A DNA stretch of 64,000 nucleotides from Candidatus Bathyarchaeia archaeon (GCA_050012255.1 JBEKHN010000008.1:32585-96584), one strand, 5' to 3'; numbered from the stretch's first letter, positions 8,998 to 19,699 are shown. The notes: generated by a model from the letters alone, not told the origin. Translations and numbers: made by a program.

Positions 8998-9201
8998 GTG
9001 TTGATTAAGATGGAATCCGTGACTAAGAAATTCAAAAGCACAGTTGATGCTGAGAAACGCTTTATCCGGAAGGTTAGCAAGGAAGTTGCAAGGGCTGGCC
9101 AAGACGCAGCTCATGTGCTCAGAATCATGATTTTTCTGCATTCCGCCAAGGATTTTCCATCCGTCCTTAAACTTTATGGAATGGAGAACTCGGAGGACTG
9201 A
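8998..9201 (+). CDS. Small hypothetical protein
   Basis: 67-aa ORF with purine-rich RBS-like upstream sequence; no motif recognised. Confidence 0.35.
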   Translation: MLIKMESVTKKFKSTVDAEKRFIRKVSKEVARAGQDAAHVLRIMIFLHSAKDFPSVLKLYGMENSED

Positions 9202-9565
9202 ATGAAGACGACGCAAAAAGGCGAGTCACTTTCTTGATGAAAGAATGATGTCTCAGATTCATGTACTGAATACTATCGTTTGGCAGAAGCTATTATGTTG
9301 AATCGTGGTTTATGGCTCTATGCAAATCATGCAGCTTGGCATCGTTGCGCCATTACACAAGCTACTCGCGCCAAATAAGCATCATAGCGTGAGTTGGGAT
9401 TCTAACAAAAGGTTTGATTTCGACAATGTTGCTATTAGTTTAAACGAGGCCAGTATGGAAGCAACACATGGGTTCTAAAGCCACCAAATCCAACGGTATA
9501 AAGAACTTTGATAACGACTACGTCCTTCAGGTTCTGCCTGTGATGGCCGACAACAGCGCACATTC

Positions 9566-9611
9566 GAACTAGGGGCGGATTTGGGTATAATTCTGAAAAA
9601 CGGTTTAATAA
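9566..9611 (+). promoter_or_regulatory. Conserved 45-bp promoter/operator cassette, copy 3
   Basis: GAACTAGGGGCGGATTTGGGTATAATTCTGAAAAACGGTTTAATAA, upstream of the MacB-type ABC/HtrA operon. Confidence 0.8.
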
Positions 9612-9772
9612 CCCACTGTGCTTGAGGAAACGTTGCGACAAAAGCGAGGAGATGGCAGCAGTGAAACAGTCTCAACACCTTAATCTCCGTCTGGGTGGAA
9701 CGATGCCAAAATTGACTGTTTGCCATCCCTCTTTTTTGGATCAGATACGGCGTTTTTGTGGCGGTGAACCAT

Positions 9773-11170
9773 ATGGGTGCCTTGACTAGAGCAGTTAGGA
9801 ACTTGTCGAGAAGGAAAATGAGAGCGTTATTGGTGATCATTGCCTTGGGCTTTTCTTTGGCAATCATGGTTTCGATTCCTGCGGGCATCATTGCAAACCA
9901 GGCAGCCGCACAATCCATGACCACGGATTTCAACAGTACAATGACCACTATGCAAGAACAAATCAACAAGACTGCCACGCTGATAGAGTGTCAGACTTCT
10001 GGACAAGGCATGTTCCCCGGTGGATCATCCGGATTTCCGTTCGAAGGGTCGAGGCAACAGCAAACCTATGTGAACGAATTCGTTGCCAATGGAATTCGTA
10101 CCATTAGCGGCGTCAAGGACGTTGTGGAGTTCCTCACGGCATCGTCCACTGAGACGACTTCGGAAACCATAAGCGGACCTGGGGGAAGAGATTTCACGAT
10201 TTCTAGGCCTGTCTATACGATTACGGGTGTTACCCTGAATTCCTCTTTCATCGACGACTATTCCATTTTGCCAACGAACATAACGGCGGGGAGGAACCTG
10301 CGCGAGGGAGACAGCGGGGTCGTTCTTTTGAGCTTGAACCTCACGGCCTATTTTGGAGTAGGAGTCGGTGGCAAGGTGGAAATCTACGGCAAGTCCTTTA
10401 AGGTGGTCGGGGTCTATGACGCGTCGGGTCAGGGACTCATGGAAACAAGAAGTGCGTACATGAACATCACTGATGCACAGACGGCAACGGGCCTTACAGG
10501 GAACTTGACTAGGCTCGACGTGTACGCGGACGATGTTTCCGATGTGGATAGTATAACCACGGCGATAGGAGCAGCGTACACAAGTCTTCAGGTCACGACG
10601 TACAAGGACCGCTTGAGCCAGCTCGACAACATGCAGACCATGTACAACCAGACGTTGACGAATGCTCAGGCAACCCTCAGCCAGACGGACACGGTCGCAA
10701 CCCAAGAAATCATGATTGCAGTCGTGGCAACTAGCCTGATAGTCCTGTTCGTCATGTTGTATACTGTGCGTGAGAGGACCAAGGAGATCGGTACACTCAA
10801 GGCGATAGGCTTCAGCAACTGGAACATAATGAGCCAGTTTATGCTCGAAGGAATGCTACTGAGTCTCGTAGCCGGCGTCGTGGGCATAGCGATAGGAACC
10901 GTTGGAGCTCCTCTTCTGTCCGGGATTCTGCTTCCCCAAATAAGCCCGTTCGGTTCACGCGGCAACTCTCAGTTCCGTCTAGGAACTGCGAACGCCGGTA
11001 ACTTTGGTAGCTTTGGAGTATTGGGCGCATCGACCGTCACGGTGACGCCTTCTCTCCAGACAATGATGATCGCGATCGGGGCGGCTGTGTTGCTAGGAGC
11101 CCTAGGCAGTCTGTACCCGGCTTGGAGGGCGTCAAGAACAAGACCTGCAGAGGCGATGAGGTATGAGTGA
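9773..11170 (+). CDS. ABC transporter permease, MacB/FtsX family
   Basis: RNLSRRKMRALL N-terminal TM, large extracellular domain, TVRERTKEIGTLKAIG, YPAWRASRTRPAEAMRYE. Confidence 0.93.
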   Translation: MGALTRAVRNLSRRKMRALLVIIALGFSLAIMVSIPAGIIANQAAAQSMTTDFNSTMTTMQEQINKTATLIECQTSGQGMFPGGSSGFPFEGSRQQQTYVNEFVANGIRTISGVKDVVEFLTASSTETTSETISGPGGRDFTISRPVYTITGVTLNSSFIDDYSILPTNITAGRNLREGDSGVVLLSLNLTAYFGVGVGGKVEIYGKSFKVVGVYDASGQGLMETRSAYMNITDAQTATGLTGNLTRLDVYADDVSDVDSITTAIGAAYTSLQVTTYKDRLSQLDNMQTMYNQTLTNAQATLSQTDTVATQEIMIAVVATSLIVLFVMLYTVRERTKEIGTLKAIGFSNWNIMSQFMLEGMLLSLVAGVVGIAIGTVGAPLLSGILLPQISPFGSRGNSQFRLGTANAGNFGSFGVLGASTVTVTPSLQTMMIAIGAAVLLGALGSLYPAWRASRTRPAEAMRYE

Positions 11171-11945
11171 AGTCATTCTTAAAGCAGAAGGCCTGTCGAA
11201 AATCTACACCCTGAACAAGCGCAAGATCCCCGCCCTTTCCAGCGTGAACCTTCAAGTGAACAAAGGTGAGTTTGTTGCGATCATGGGACCTTCTGGTTCA
11301 GGCAAGACAACACTGCTAAATGTTTTAGGCTGTCTTGACAAACCAACTAGTGGAAAAATGATCCTGGACGAAGTCGATGTCGCAAAACTGCCCGATAAAC
11401 AACTCTGCAACATTAGAAGGAACAAAATTGGGTTTATCTTCCAGACTTTCAACCTTCTGCCATACCTAAGCGCTGCCGAAAACGTGGAACTACCCATGGA
11501 ATGCACTAGAAAATCTAAAACTGAAAGAAGAGAAAAAGCTCGCAAATTACTGGAACTAGTAGGACTGGGAGGAAGAGAAGAACACAGGCCACAGCGGTTG
11601 AGCGCTGGCGAGCAGCAAAGGGTGGCGATAGCACGGGCTCTGGCAAATGATCCAGCCATAATTCTGGCTGATGAACCCACTGGAAATCTGGACACAAAAA
11701 ACAAGTATGAAATTGTTAGATTACTCGCAAACCTGAACATTAATCGAGGAACCACGATCATAATGGTAACACATGATAGTCAAGTGGCGTCACACACTGA
11801 GAGAATGCTCCTTCTACAGGATGGAAGAATCACAAAGGAAAAGCAGGGGCTTCATCTAGTAAGGAAGAAGCTCATGTGTCCACACTGTGGGAGCAAGATT
11901 CAGCCCGAAGACGAAAGATGTCCCAATTGCAGAAAAAGACTATGA
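11163..11945 (+). CDS. ABC ATP-binding protein (LolD/MacB type) with C-terminal zinc ribbon
   Basis: GPSGSGKT, LSAGEQQRVAIARAL, LADEPTGNLD; tail CPHC...CPNC. Confidence 0.95.
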   Translation: MSEVILKAEGLSKIYTLNKRKIPALSSVNLQVNKGEFVAIMGPSGSGKTTLLNVLGCLDKPTSGKMILDEVDVAKLPDKQLCNIRRNKIGFIFQTFNLLPYLSAAENVELPMECTRKSKTERREKARKLLELVGLGGREEHRPQRLSAGEQQRVAIARALANDPAIILADEPTGNLDTKNKYEIVRLLANLNINRGTTIIMVTHDSQVASHTERMLLLQDGRITKEKQGLHLVRKKLMCPHCGSKIQPEDERCPNCRKRL

Positions 11946-11964
11946 TGATTAAGGAGGATTGTAA

Positions 11965-13224
11965 TTGGAATTGCCTGAAAAACCAAAAGCCCCGCACTTA
12001 TCCGCGGTTTTGATCGCGGCAGTCATCATAAGTTTGTTGATAGGAGGAATATTCGGCTATGGCATGAGCAGCTTGACCACTTCAAGCCAAATCAGCAGCC
12101 TGCAAAGCGAAGTGTCAACTCTTAAAAAACAGGTTACGGACCTCCAGTCGACACAAGGCTCATCCTCCGACAGCGACACCTACCAGAACAACACTTATCT
12201 TCTAGGAGACAATGTTTCGCTGTCTCAATTGTACAAGCAGGTCAAAGACTCTGTCGTCATGGTTCAAGGAATATTAGTACAATACGACTTTTTCGGTAAT
12301 TCCTACTACTCAGGGGTTGAGGGCTCAGGCTTTGTCTCCAACTTGACTGGGCAATTTGTCATCATCACAAACTACCACGTTGTCCAAAGCGCAATCAACG
12401 TAACCGTAACGTTCACTGACGGAGACACTTACGCAGCTAACGTAACCGGTACAGATCCTTACGCGGATCTTGCGGTGCTTACAGCAAAGGCGCCACAGTA
12501 CGAATACAAGCCCCTCGGAATCGCGAGTTCATCAACCTTGAAGGTTGGCGACCCCGTGTTCGCTGTCGGCAATCCCCTGGGATACACTGGATCAATGACT
12601 TCGGGAATAGTCAGCGCCCTGGGCAGGACAGTCTCGGTGTCCTGGTCCAGCTATGATATAGCTGATTGCATACAGACGACGACGCCCATAAACCCGGGTA
12701 ACTCTGGAGGACCACTTCTGAACTACGAAGGTGAAGTCGTCGGCATAACCTCTTATGTCGCAGTCACTTCACAAGGAGTAGCTGCTCAAGGGTTGGGGCT
12801 AGCAATCCCTTCGAGCACGATACTGCGAGAAACAGAATCTCTGATTACAACCAGTTCATATAACAGTCACCCTTGGTTAGGAACATCCGGAACAAGCATG
12901 GACTATGCAATTGCACAAGCGATGAACACAAACGTAACCTACGGTGTGCTAATCACCCAGGTCACAAGCGGAGGACCAGCGGACAAAGCTGGTCTCCGAG
13001 TCGGCGCAACCCGATTCTTGGACCCTGCTTCCGGAACGTCGGTGACAATAGGAGGAGACATCGTGATAGTAATCAACGACACAAGAATCAAGAACACGGA
13101 CGATCTCTCTACTTACTTGGAAGAGTCAACTTCACCAGGCCAAACGATCAGTATAGTGCTGGTAAGAAACGACGAGAATCTAACTTTGTCGCTGACGCTA
13201 GGAGTGCGACCGCCACCAACATAA
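11965..13224 (+). CDS. htrA: HtrA/DegP-family membrane-anchored serine protease with PDZ domain
   Basis: TNYHVV, DLAVL, INPGNSGGPL triad motifs; PDZ (SGGPADKAGL...GDIV); N-terminal TM plus coiled coil. Confidence 0.92.
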   Translation: MELPEKPKAPHLSAVLIAAVIISLLIGGIFGYGMSSLTTSSQISSLQSEVSTLKKQVTDLQSTQGSSSDSDTYQNNTYLLGDNVSLSQLYKQVKDSVVMVQGILVQYDFFGNSYYSGVEGSGFVSNLTGQFVIITNYHVVQSAINVTVTFTDGDTYAANVTGTDPYADLAVLTAKAPQYEYKPLGIASSSTLKVGDPVFAVGNPLGYTGSMTSGIVSALGRTVSVSWSSYDIADCIQTTTPINPGNSGGPLLNYEGEVVGITSYVAVTSQGVAAQGLGLAIPSSTILRETESLITTSSYNSHPWLGTSGTSMDYAIAQAMNTNVTYGVLITQVTSGGPADKAGLRVGATRFLDPASGTSVTIGGDIVIVINDTRIKNTDDLSTYLEESTSPGQTISIVLVRNDENLTLSLTLGVRPPPT

Positions 13225-13234
13225 GTGCGAGCGA

Positions 13235-13477
13235 GTGATCATGATGAACAGGAAATATGAACACAGTGCATACTGTGGCCATTGCGAGCGCTGGATCGCG
13301 AAAACAGCTTTGGCATTTGATAGTGCAAGTCGTGAAATGTGCCCTTACTGTCACAATCGAGTGCGATTAAAACGACACCCTCATGACCTTCCTAAGAGGT
13401 CGTGTTTAACGTCTGATAAGGTGGCAGAGGATTCGAAGACTGGCGCTTCTCATACTTCCAGAACCATCAACAGTTGA
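13235..13477 (+). CDS. Small zinc-ribbon protein
   Basis: YCGHCERW...CPYCHNRVRLKR. Confidence 0.5.
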   Translation: MIMMNRKYEHSAYCGHCERWIAKTALAFDSASREMCPYCHNRVRLKRHPHDLPKRSCLTSDKVAEDSKTGASHTSRTINS

Positions 13478-13541
13478 GCTTAGGCAGCAAGATTTCGATC
13501 CTCACCTTATTTTGTCATTGTGAAGTGCCAATCATTATTCG

Positions 13542-14063
13542 ATGTCAATTAACGAGCAGAAACTGAGGAAAAAAGAAAAAGAGGGTCATACTCAGATCGC
13601 CCGGGGGCGGTGGATGAAGATATTGAACACTCCTCTACGTAGACTTGACGGAATGACTTATTGGGTTATTGAAGACCCTGATGGTATACGCGATTATATC
13701 AACGAAGAAATTCGGAAGGAATGGGAAACAGATGCTAGGCATGAACATCGTGAACCAGAGAACGACCCCTGGCTCAAGACCCTGTCGAAGCGCAAATGGA
13801 GCCTACAGATCACAGACATGAAACGGATAAGGTTGAACCCTAACATAATGAACTATGTCGATCCACAGAGAGGATATGTCTTCTCAGAGAGACTTGCGGA
13901 GAGAAGTAGAGAGCTTCAAGAATCTATAAGGATTGGTGGTTCAGTCATCTGGCCCCTAATCGTCAGAAAAAAGGACATGCAGCTCGTCGATGGTTACTGT
14001 CGCTATTCCACGCTTAGAGCGATGGGTAAATCAAGGACTTACGTATATGTTGGGACCTTATAG
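13542..14063 (+). CDS. ParB/Sulfiredoxin-like domain protein
   Basis: LQESIRIGG..WPLIVR..LVDGYCRYSTLRAMG is a variant of the DGHRR motif. Confidence 0.65.
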   Translation: MSINEQKLRKKEKEGHTQIARGRWMKILNTPLRRLDGMTYWVIEDPDGIRDYINEEIRKEWETDARHEHREPENDPWLKTLSKRKWSLQITDMKRIRLNPNIMNYVDPQRGYVFSERLAERSRELQESIRIGGSVIWPLIVRKKDMQLVDGYCRYSTLRAMGKSRTYVYVGTL

Positions 14064-14149
14064 TCTTGTTGCCCCGTTACGTGCTTAACTCGTGCGCGTC
14101 ACGGAAATCTTTTAATGCACTTCCCGTAGACCAGTATCGAGTAGAATGC

Positions 14150-14998
14150 ATGAAAGCCTTCATTTCAGTCGATCTGGAAGGTATGCCTTACATTGTGATT
14201 CCGGGCCATTTGACTCTGAAAGGAGCGCTCTATGATGAAGCAAGGAAGATCGCCACGAAAGTGACGATGGCAGTGGCAGACGAGCTGAACAAGAACGGCT
14301 TTGAAAGTGTCACCGTGGCTGACAGTCATGGACCTATGGTCAACATTTTCGTCGACGACCTACCCGAATACGTTGAGATAATCAGAGGTTTTCCTCGGCC
14401 CCTGAGCATGGTTGCAGGAGTAGAGGGATGTGACGTTGCACTTTTTCTTGGGTACCACGCGAAATTCGGAACTGCAAAATCGACATTCGACCACACCTAC
14501 AGCGGTGCAAGCATTCGCAGCGTGGAAGTGAACGGTGTTCAAGCAAGCGAATTTCTTCTAAATGGTTACGTGGCGGGGGAATTGAAGGTGCCTGTAGCAC
14601 TAGTTGCAGGTGAGGCTCAGCTTCTGAAGGATGATGTTAAACCGTACGCTCCATGGATTGAAACCGTAGCTCTGAAGCAGTCTTTGAGCCGACTTTCGGC
14701 TAAGAGCCCAAGCATGAAAAAAATCGAGACAGAGCTGAGAAGCGCCGTCAGGAAAGCGACGGTCAACTTCAAAAAGGGCAAAACCAGGCTGCTCAGGATA
14801 AGAAAACCAGTGAGGATCGAACTGACTTTCTTGCAGAGTCAGTTTGCCGATGTTGCTGAGCTATTGCCGGCGGTCGAAAGAGTCGACGGGTTGAAAGTTG
14901 AGTACTCTGCCAACACCATGGTTGAAGCGTACGAAACCTTTGAATTGTTAGTTCTCGCGGCAAGCGGCATGACAGCCCTTCTTGAAGGTTTACGATAG
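14150..14998 (+). CDS. dppA: D-aminopeptidase, M55 family
   Basis: MKAFISVDLEG, VADSHG, FLGYHA, FDHTY. Start reassigned to ATG 14150. Confidence 0.92.
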   Translation: MKAFISVDLEGMPYIVIPGHLTLKGALYDEARKIATKVTMAVADELNKNGFESVTVADSHGPMVNIFVDDLPEYVEIIRGFPRPLSMVAGVEGCDVALFLGYHAKFGTAKSTFDHTYSGASIRSVEVNGVQASEFLLNGYVAGELKVPVALVAGEAQLLKDDVKPYAPWIETVALKQSLSRLSAKSPSMKKIETELRSAVRKATVNFKKGKTRLLRIRKPVRIELTFLQSQFADVAELLPAVERVDGLKVEYSANTMVEAYETFELLVLAASGMTALLEGLR

Positions 14999-15107
14999 TA
15001 CATAGCTCGGAAAGACTCAAGAAAAACCGAGAACGACTGTATTCTATGCCCGAGTCTACCTTTGAAGGCACCGCCAGGTAGAAAGCGCGGGCTAAGTTGC
15101 GACAATA

Positions 15108-15884
15108 ATGAGTTACTGGACCGAGAAATTGTTCATTGCACGTTCTCATCTATTCATGAAACTTCTAAACCAAAGGCCCAAGACTGACCAGCTTGTCGAT
15201 GGAATGATTAGGTTGATGCGAAAACATGAAACCTTTTCTGGACTGCTAGATCTATGTTGTGGGAACGATCGGGTTTCGATCTGCATGGCCAAGAAAGGGT
15301 TCAAATCAGTCGAAGTAGATATCTCGAAAGCATTTTTGGAAGACGTCAAAAGAAAAGCTGAAGAAAATGGTGTCTCCCACCTCGTCACCTATGCGGAAGG
15401 TGATGTGAGAAAACTGAAGCAGGTCTTGGGAAGAGTTCAGAAACCTTTCGATGTGGTCACAAACGCTTGGACATCCATCGGATACTATTCAGAATACGAT
15501 GACATCAACATTTTCAGTCGAGCCCGGGAGCCTTCAAGAAAAAGCACAATACTATTCATTACAGAAACCGTGCACACGGAATATCTGTCAATCAAGTTCG
15601 CTCCTACCTCTTACTCAGAAAAGACAACATGGTAATGTTAGAAGAGAAAAAGAACGATAAGATAAGTGCACGTGCCAACAAGTCTTGGACCTTCTACCGA
15701 AAACGTGGCAAGAACCTGGAGTTCATCGACAGAGCCGACATCGAAAATCACGTGTACAGCCCGACTGAACTGTCATCGCTTCTCACGAAGGCCGGGTCGA
15801 ACACTCTCGCGTTTTATGGAAATCTCAACGTCAGCGCCGATGACCCCTCTGACACATCCCAACCTGGTTGCTGAAGCATTGTAA
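15108..15884 (+). pseudogene. Class I SAM-dependent methyltransferase, frameshifted
   Basis: LLDLCCGNDR (glycine loop mutated), VDIS, GDVRKL, WTSIGYY. Continues in other frames (15629-15874, then to 15884). Confidence 0.75.
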
Positions 15885-16045
15885 CTCGACATCTCGCAGG
15901 ACTTGTCTGCGAAACGCATTCCAATTTGCAAGCAATGATCTCTCGGTGCAAAATTGTATTTTGAATCCTTATCAGAAAATCACAAACCTTACTATTTTCG
16001 CCCAACACTGTTCTACGAGAGTTCCAGAGCGCTGAGTGATAACAA

Positions 16046-16426
16046 TTGTCCTATGAAGACTTTCTGTACAGAAAGGCGGAGCAGAACGCCCACAGCGAAA
16101 TCCTAGCCTTCTTGATGATGACCCTTGGCATGAACTTGCTGATAGGGGGCCTCATCGTCACGATTATGGCTGTAGGGCAGCTGAATCTTTTTCCATTCAT
16201 GCTTCAACAACCCCTAAGTCAATCGGCTACCCTAGGACTGATCCTGACCCTTTTTGGTTTTTCCATACTGTTGGCAGGGTTCATTCTGGTCATACATTAC
16301 GACAGACAAAGGTCTTGGCACCTGAGTCAGATCGAAAAATCAACGAAACTGAAGAGCAGGAAGATCACCATCAGAACAGCCAATGAAATCTTTGAAGGAC
16401 TAACTGAGGAAAAGGAAAGAAGTTAG
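16046..16426 (+). CDS. Two-TM hypothetical membrane protein
   Basis: 126-aa ORF with two hydrophobic helices. Confidence 0.65.
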   Translation: MSYEDFLYRKAEQNAHSEILAFLMMTLGMNLLIGGLIVTIMAVGQLNLFPFMLQQPLSQSATLGLILTLFGFSILLAGFILVIHYDRQRSWHLSQIEKSTKLKSRKITIRTANEIFEGLTEEKERS

Positions 16427-16509
16427 AGTTTGTGAGAGCCACGGTTGTTGCCAAACTGGCAGCCTTTTAGGTTTGGTCGTGGCATCTGCGCAAGGTGATA
16501 TGCTTGCGT

Positions 16510-16722
16510 CTACTCTTCAACGGGTTCATTCCATCTTTCTATTAGCAGCCTCTTCTCTCCCTGCTTGAAAGCAACTCTGACAGGAATGGCGTCAGTTCCC
16601 CTCTTAGTCTTCTTGTACTCTTTGAACGGAAACATACTGTCCTCAGCCAAGTCCACCGGTATGTATAGCAGGTACTTTCCGTCTTTCCTTCTGAAAAGGC
16701 GACCTTTTCCCTCACTGACCAT
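16510..16722 (-). CDS. Small AbrB-like hypothetical protein
   Basis: GRLFRRKDGKYLLYIPVDLAEDSMFPF...VRVAF..GEKRLLIE, with GAGGTG RBS. Confidence 0.65.
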   Translation of the reverse strand: MVSEGKGRLFRRKDGKYLLYIPVDLAEDSMFPFKEYKKTKRGTDAIPVRVAFKQGEKRLLIERWNEPVEE

Positions 16723-17420
16723 TTGTTATCACCTCGATTACATTCCAAGTTAAAGAAGTAAGCACTACTAGAAGATACTATTTAATTCTTGTTATCATGC
16801 AACTGAAGAAGAAAAAGGTCGATCGTAAACGTCTTCGGAGAAAGTGAATCAGACGCAACGAATTTCAGGTCAAGCAGTTGGAAAAAATAACTGAGAATTT
16901 ACCTGAAGCCCACGTCTTCAGCCTGTTTCACAAACGTTTCCTACTCGTATCGAGTGAGATAGAGCGGCTTACTTGCCTCTCGCTTCCTCAGTTCAAGAGG
17001 CAAATCTGCTAGCAAAACAGTTACTTCCAAGTTGGGCTCCTCCTTTTGCTTGTTCTTCTGACTCAAAAGAGAAGATGATTCTTTTCGGGCAAGGCTGGTT
17101 TTCTTCGTCTTGGATTCACCTGCGGGAGCAAACAAGCATTAAGATATATTAAGACTTAATAAACCTTCTTAATGAAGTGTAGAACTCCAAAACAGCTTTG
17201 CTCATTGTTTCTAATAAATTCTGGCGGGTTTGGCGGGGCGTCTCGGCTCCCCGATGCCTCAGTCTGGTTTTCGCAGACATAAGACCGTACGTCAGACAGA
17301 ACAAGAAAAAAAGAAGGTCTGAATTGCCCATCAGATGATCCAGAACGAGAGTTCTAAGGGCGAAAGCTTTATTGCGGTTTAAAACCTAGTTTGCCAATGC
17401 TTTGGAAAGGATGATGCAAA

Positions 17421-18173
17421 ATGAGTTTGCAGAAGGGCGACTTCATACTAATGGACTATGTTGCAAAGGTGAAGGAGACAGGGGAGATCTTCGACACAAC
17501 GATTGAAGAGACAGCCAAAAAGGAGCATCTGTACAAAGAGGGCGACATCTTCGAGTCCAAACTTGTGGTCATAGGCGAAGGATGGGTCCTGAAAGCACTG
17601 GATGACAACCTAACAACAATGGAGGTTGGCAAACCCGCTGCTGTTGAAATACCTCCTGAAAAAGCGTTCGGACAAAGAGACCCAGAGAAAGTCAAACGCG
17701 TCGCGCTAAAACAGTTACTGGCAAGAGACATCACTCCAAGCGTTGGAATGCGAATTGAATACGGCGGCAAGAGTGCCACCGTTCGAGCCATTGGAGCTGG
17801 GCGAGTTCTGCTTGATTTTAACCCTCCACTGGCAGGAAAAACCTTGGTCTACGAGGTGACGCTGAAGAAGAAGCTCGAGACAAAGAAAGAAAAAATCGCC
17901 GCGCTCATCCACAGAAGAATACCCGCTGTGGAAGAAAACAAGTTTGAGTTCACACTGAAGACCAAGGCGGTCAGCGTCCAAATGCCTGAAGAAGCATTCT
18001 ACATCGAAGGCGTTCAAGTGGCCAAAAGAGGCACAGCCAACGACATACAAAGATTCTTCTCAGAAACAACCGCCGTCAAGTTCACTGAAACCTTCAAGGT
18101 CGAACCCAAGAAAGCTGAACCCAAACCTGAGAAAGAAGCAAGACCCACAACTGAAGCGAAAGCGACGACCTAG
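17421..18173 (+). CDS. slyD: FKBP-type peptidyl-prolyl cis-trans isomerase (long archaeal SlyD type)
   Basis: GEIFDTT, EIPPEKAFGQRDP, LDFNPPLAGKTLVYEV. Confidence 0.92.
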   Translation: MSLQKGDFILMDYVAKVKETGEIFDTTIEETAKKEHLYKEGDIFESKLVVIGEGWVLKALDDNLTTMEVGKPAAVEIPPEKAFGQRDPEKVKRVALKQLLARDITPSVGMRIEYGGKSATVRAIGAGRVLLDFNPPLAGKTLVYEVTLKKKLETKKEKIAALIHRRIPAVEENKFEFTLKTKAVSVQMPEEAFYIEGVQVAKRGTANDIQRFFSETTAVKFTETFKVEPKKAEPKPEKEARPTTEAKATT

Positions 18174-18269
18174 ACCAACAGCGCTGGTCTTGGAAACAGG
18201 CCAGGCCCACTCGGCCCACTGTCTAAGTTACTATGAAAAGTCAGTTCAAAGGACTCTTCGCGCTGAAAA

Positions 18270-18326
18270 CCTAGGGGGAGGGGGGTAGGCGCGTTGGACG
18301 AGGCAAAACGCGAAACAGGGAATGTT
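18270..18326 (+). repeat. Dispersed intergenic G-tract repeat, copy A
   Basis: CCTAGGGGGAGGGGGGTA...GACGAGGCAAAACGCGAAACAGGGAATGT matches the reverse complement of 29302-29358. Confidence 0.7.
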
Positions 18327-18388
18327 AAACCGCCCGCATGATAAGTGTGTAAGAACGCAAAAACAGCAAAGATTCAACGTGCGCGATA

Positions 18389-19453
18389 TCATATTACTCC
18401 TGTCACTTTAGCAAGGTGCTCATAGGCGTCCCTGTTCAAGCTCAGCTTGTTCAAGATCGTAAACCTTTCAGGTCTCAATGATGCAGCCAGCTCCAGGGCA
18501 TTCAAAACATCGTTCCTCTCCACACCAAGCTCTTCAGCACTCGTCGGGGCCCCCAGCTTCCTCAGCACCTCTCTGATGCGCTTCCAATTGGTACCGTGCA
18601 GGTAGGCCATCATCACGGTCCCGACTCCGCAACGTTCACCGTGCAAGGCGCAGTTAGGTCTGATCATCTCAAGCGCGTGGCTGAAAAGATGCTCTGAGCC
18701 GCTGCAAGGGTGGCTACTTCCAGCGATGCTCATAGAAACACCGCAGCTTATCAAAGCCTCTAGCAGAACTCGCAAACCCTCCTCGCTCTTCTCCTTCACT
18801 AGTTCCACGTTGAACATGACATGCTTTGCGCTCATCAAAGCCAGACTTGCAGCGTACCCCCCGAAATACTCGTTCCTTTCCGCGTGGGCCAGCTTCCAAT
18901 CCTTAACCGCCGTGAACTTTGCAACAACATCTTCATAGCCGCTCACTGCGAATCGCCAAGGAGCCTGCATTATGATTTTCGTGTCCGCTATTATAGCCAA
19001 GGGTGCCTGAGCCATCACTGAATACGGTTTTTCCGAGCCCTTGACCGAAGACAGAGGACTGGCTATTCCGTCATGCGATGCTGTCGTTGGAACGCTAATG
19101 AACGGGACCTCTGACCGTGCAGAGCTGCATTTGGCGACGTCTATTTTAGTTCCGCCGCCTACTCCGAAGACAACCTGAGGCTTAAAAGCCCTTATACTCT
19201 CTTCAACACGCTCGACATCTTTGATCGTAGCAGCTTCAACGAGCAAAGTCTGGACTACCATTCCTCCTTGCTCCAGAAGTTCTCTCACTCTCTTTCCCGC
19301 AATATCGTTCGTCTTTGAACCTGCTATCACGAGCGCCGACAGGTTGAACCCCAATCTTCTAGTGACTTCAGCAACCCGTTCCACTGCGCCGTTTCCAACG
19401 ATCACCTCTCTAGGAAGCTGCATCCGATGATGTCTCAAGTACACACAAACCAC
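18389..19453 (-). CDS. egsA: sn-glycerol-1-phosphate dehydrogenase
   Basis: GVGGGTKIDVAK, VPTTASHDGIASP, CSGSEHLFSHAL, LHGERCG. Confidence 0.95.
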   Translation of the reverse strand: MVCVYLRHHRMQLPREVIVGNGAVERVAEVTRRLGFNLSALVIAGSKTNDIAGKRVRELLEQGGMVVQTLLVEAATIKDVERVEESIRAFKPQVVFGVGGGTKIDVAKCSSARSEVPFISVPTTASHDGIASPLSSVKGSEKPYSVMAQAPLAIIADTKIIMQAPWRFAVSGYEDVVAKFTAVKDWKLAHAERNEYFGGYAASLALMSAKHVMFNVELVKEKSEEGLRVLLEALISCGVSMSIAGSSHPCSGSEHLFSHALEMIRPNCALHGERCGVGTVMMAYLHGTNWKRIREVLRKLGAPTSAEELGVERNDVLNALELAASLRPERFTILNKLSLNRDAYEHLAKVTGVI

Positions 19454-19699
19454 GGTTGGGTTCTATCTTTTTCTTTCATAGCGATGTGTAGTCAAGCCTT
19501 AAAAAGAGTTGCTTTTCCGAGTTGCCGACGCATTCTGAATCTTTCAATGAACTTCTTTTAAGGACGCGCATTGAAAAGAGGCCTCGCGGAAGGAAGAGCG
19601 AAATCGCCTCAGCATTTGTCAGTTTTTGTGGATTCAAATAGATCTAAGGCTGTGGAGAGTCCAAAGCATTGTCAGGTTGACGCTGAGGAGTCGGTGGCT

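Noticed and set aside
5761-9611. CRISPR repeats
   Set aside because: The three copies are 0.9-2.9 kb apart, degenerate and positioned as promoters; no cas genes.
13542-14063. Partition system
   Set aside because: ParB-like domain only, with no ParA or HTH nearby.
17200-17330. GC-rich hairpin region as SRP RNA, RNase P RNA or riboswitch
   Set aside because: No diagnostic motif of these families could be identified by eye.
18389-19453. egsA inactivation suggested by SGYED and SSHPCSG variants
   Set aside because: The ORF is full length with metal-binding residues retained; two substitutions are not enough evidence.
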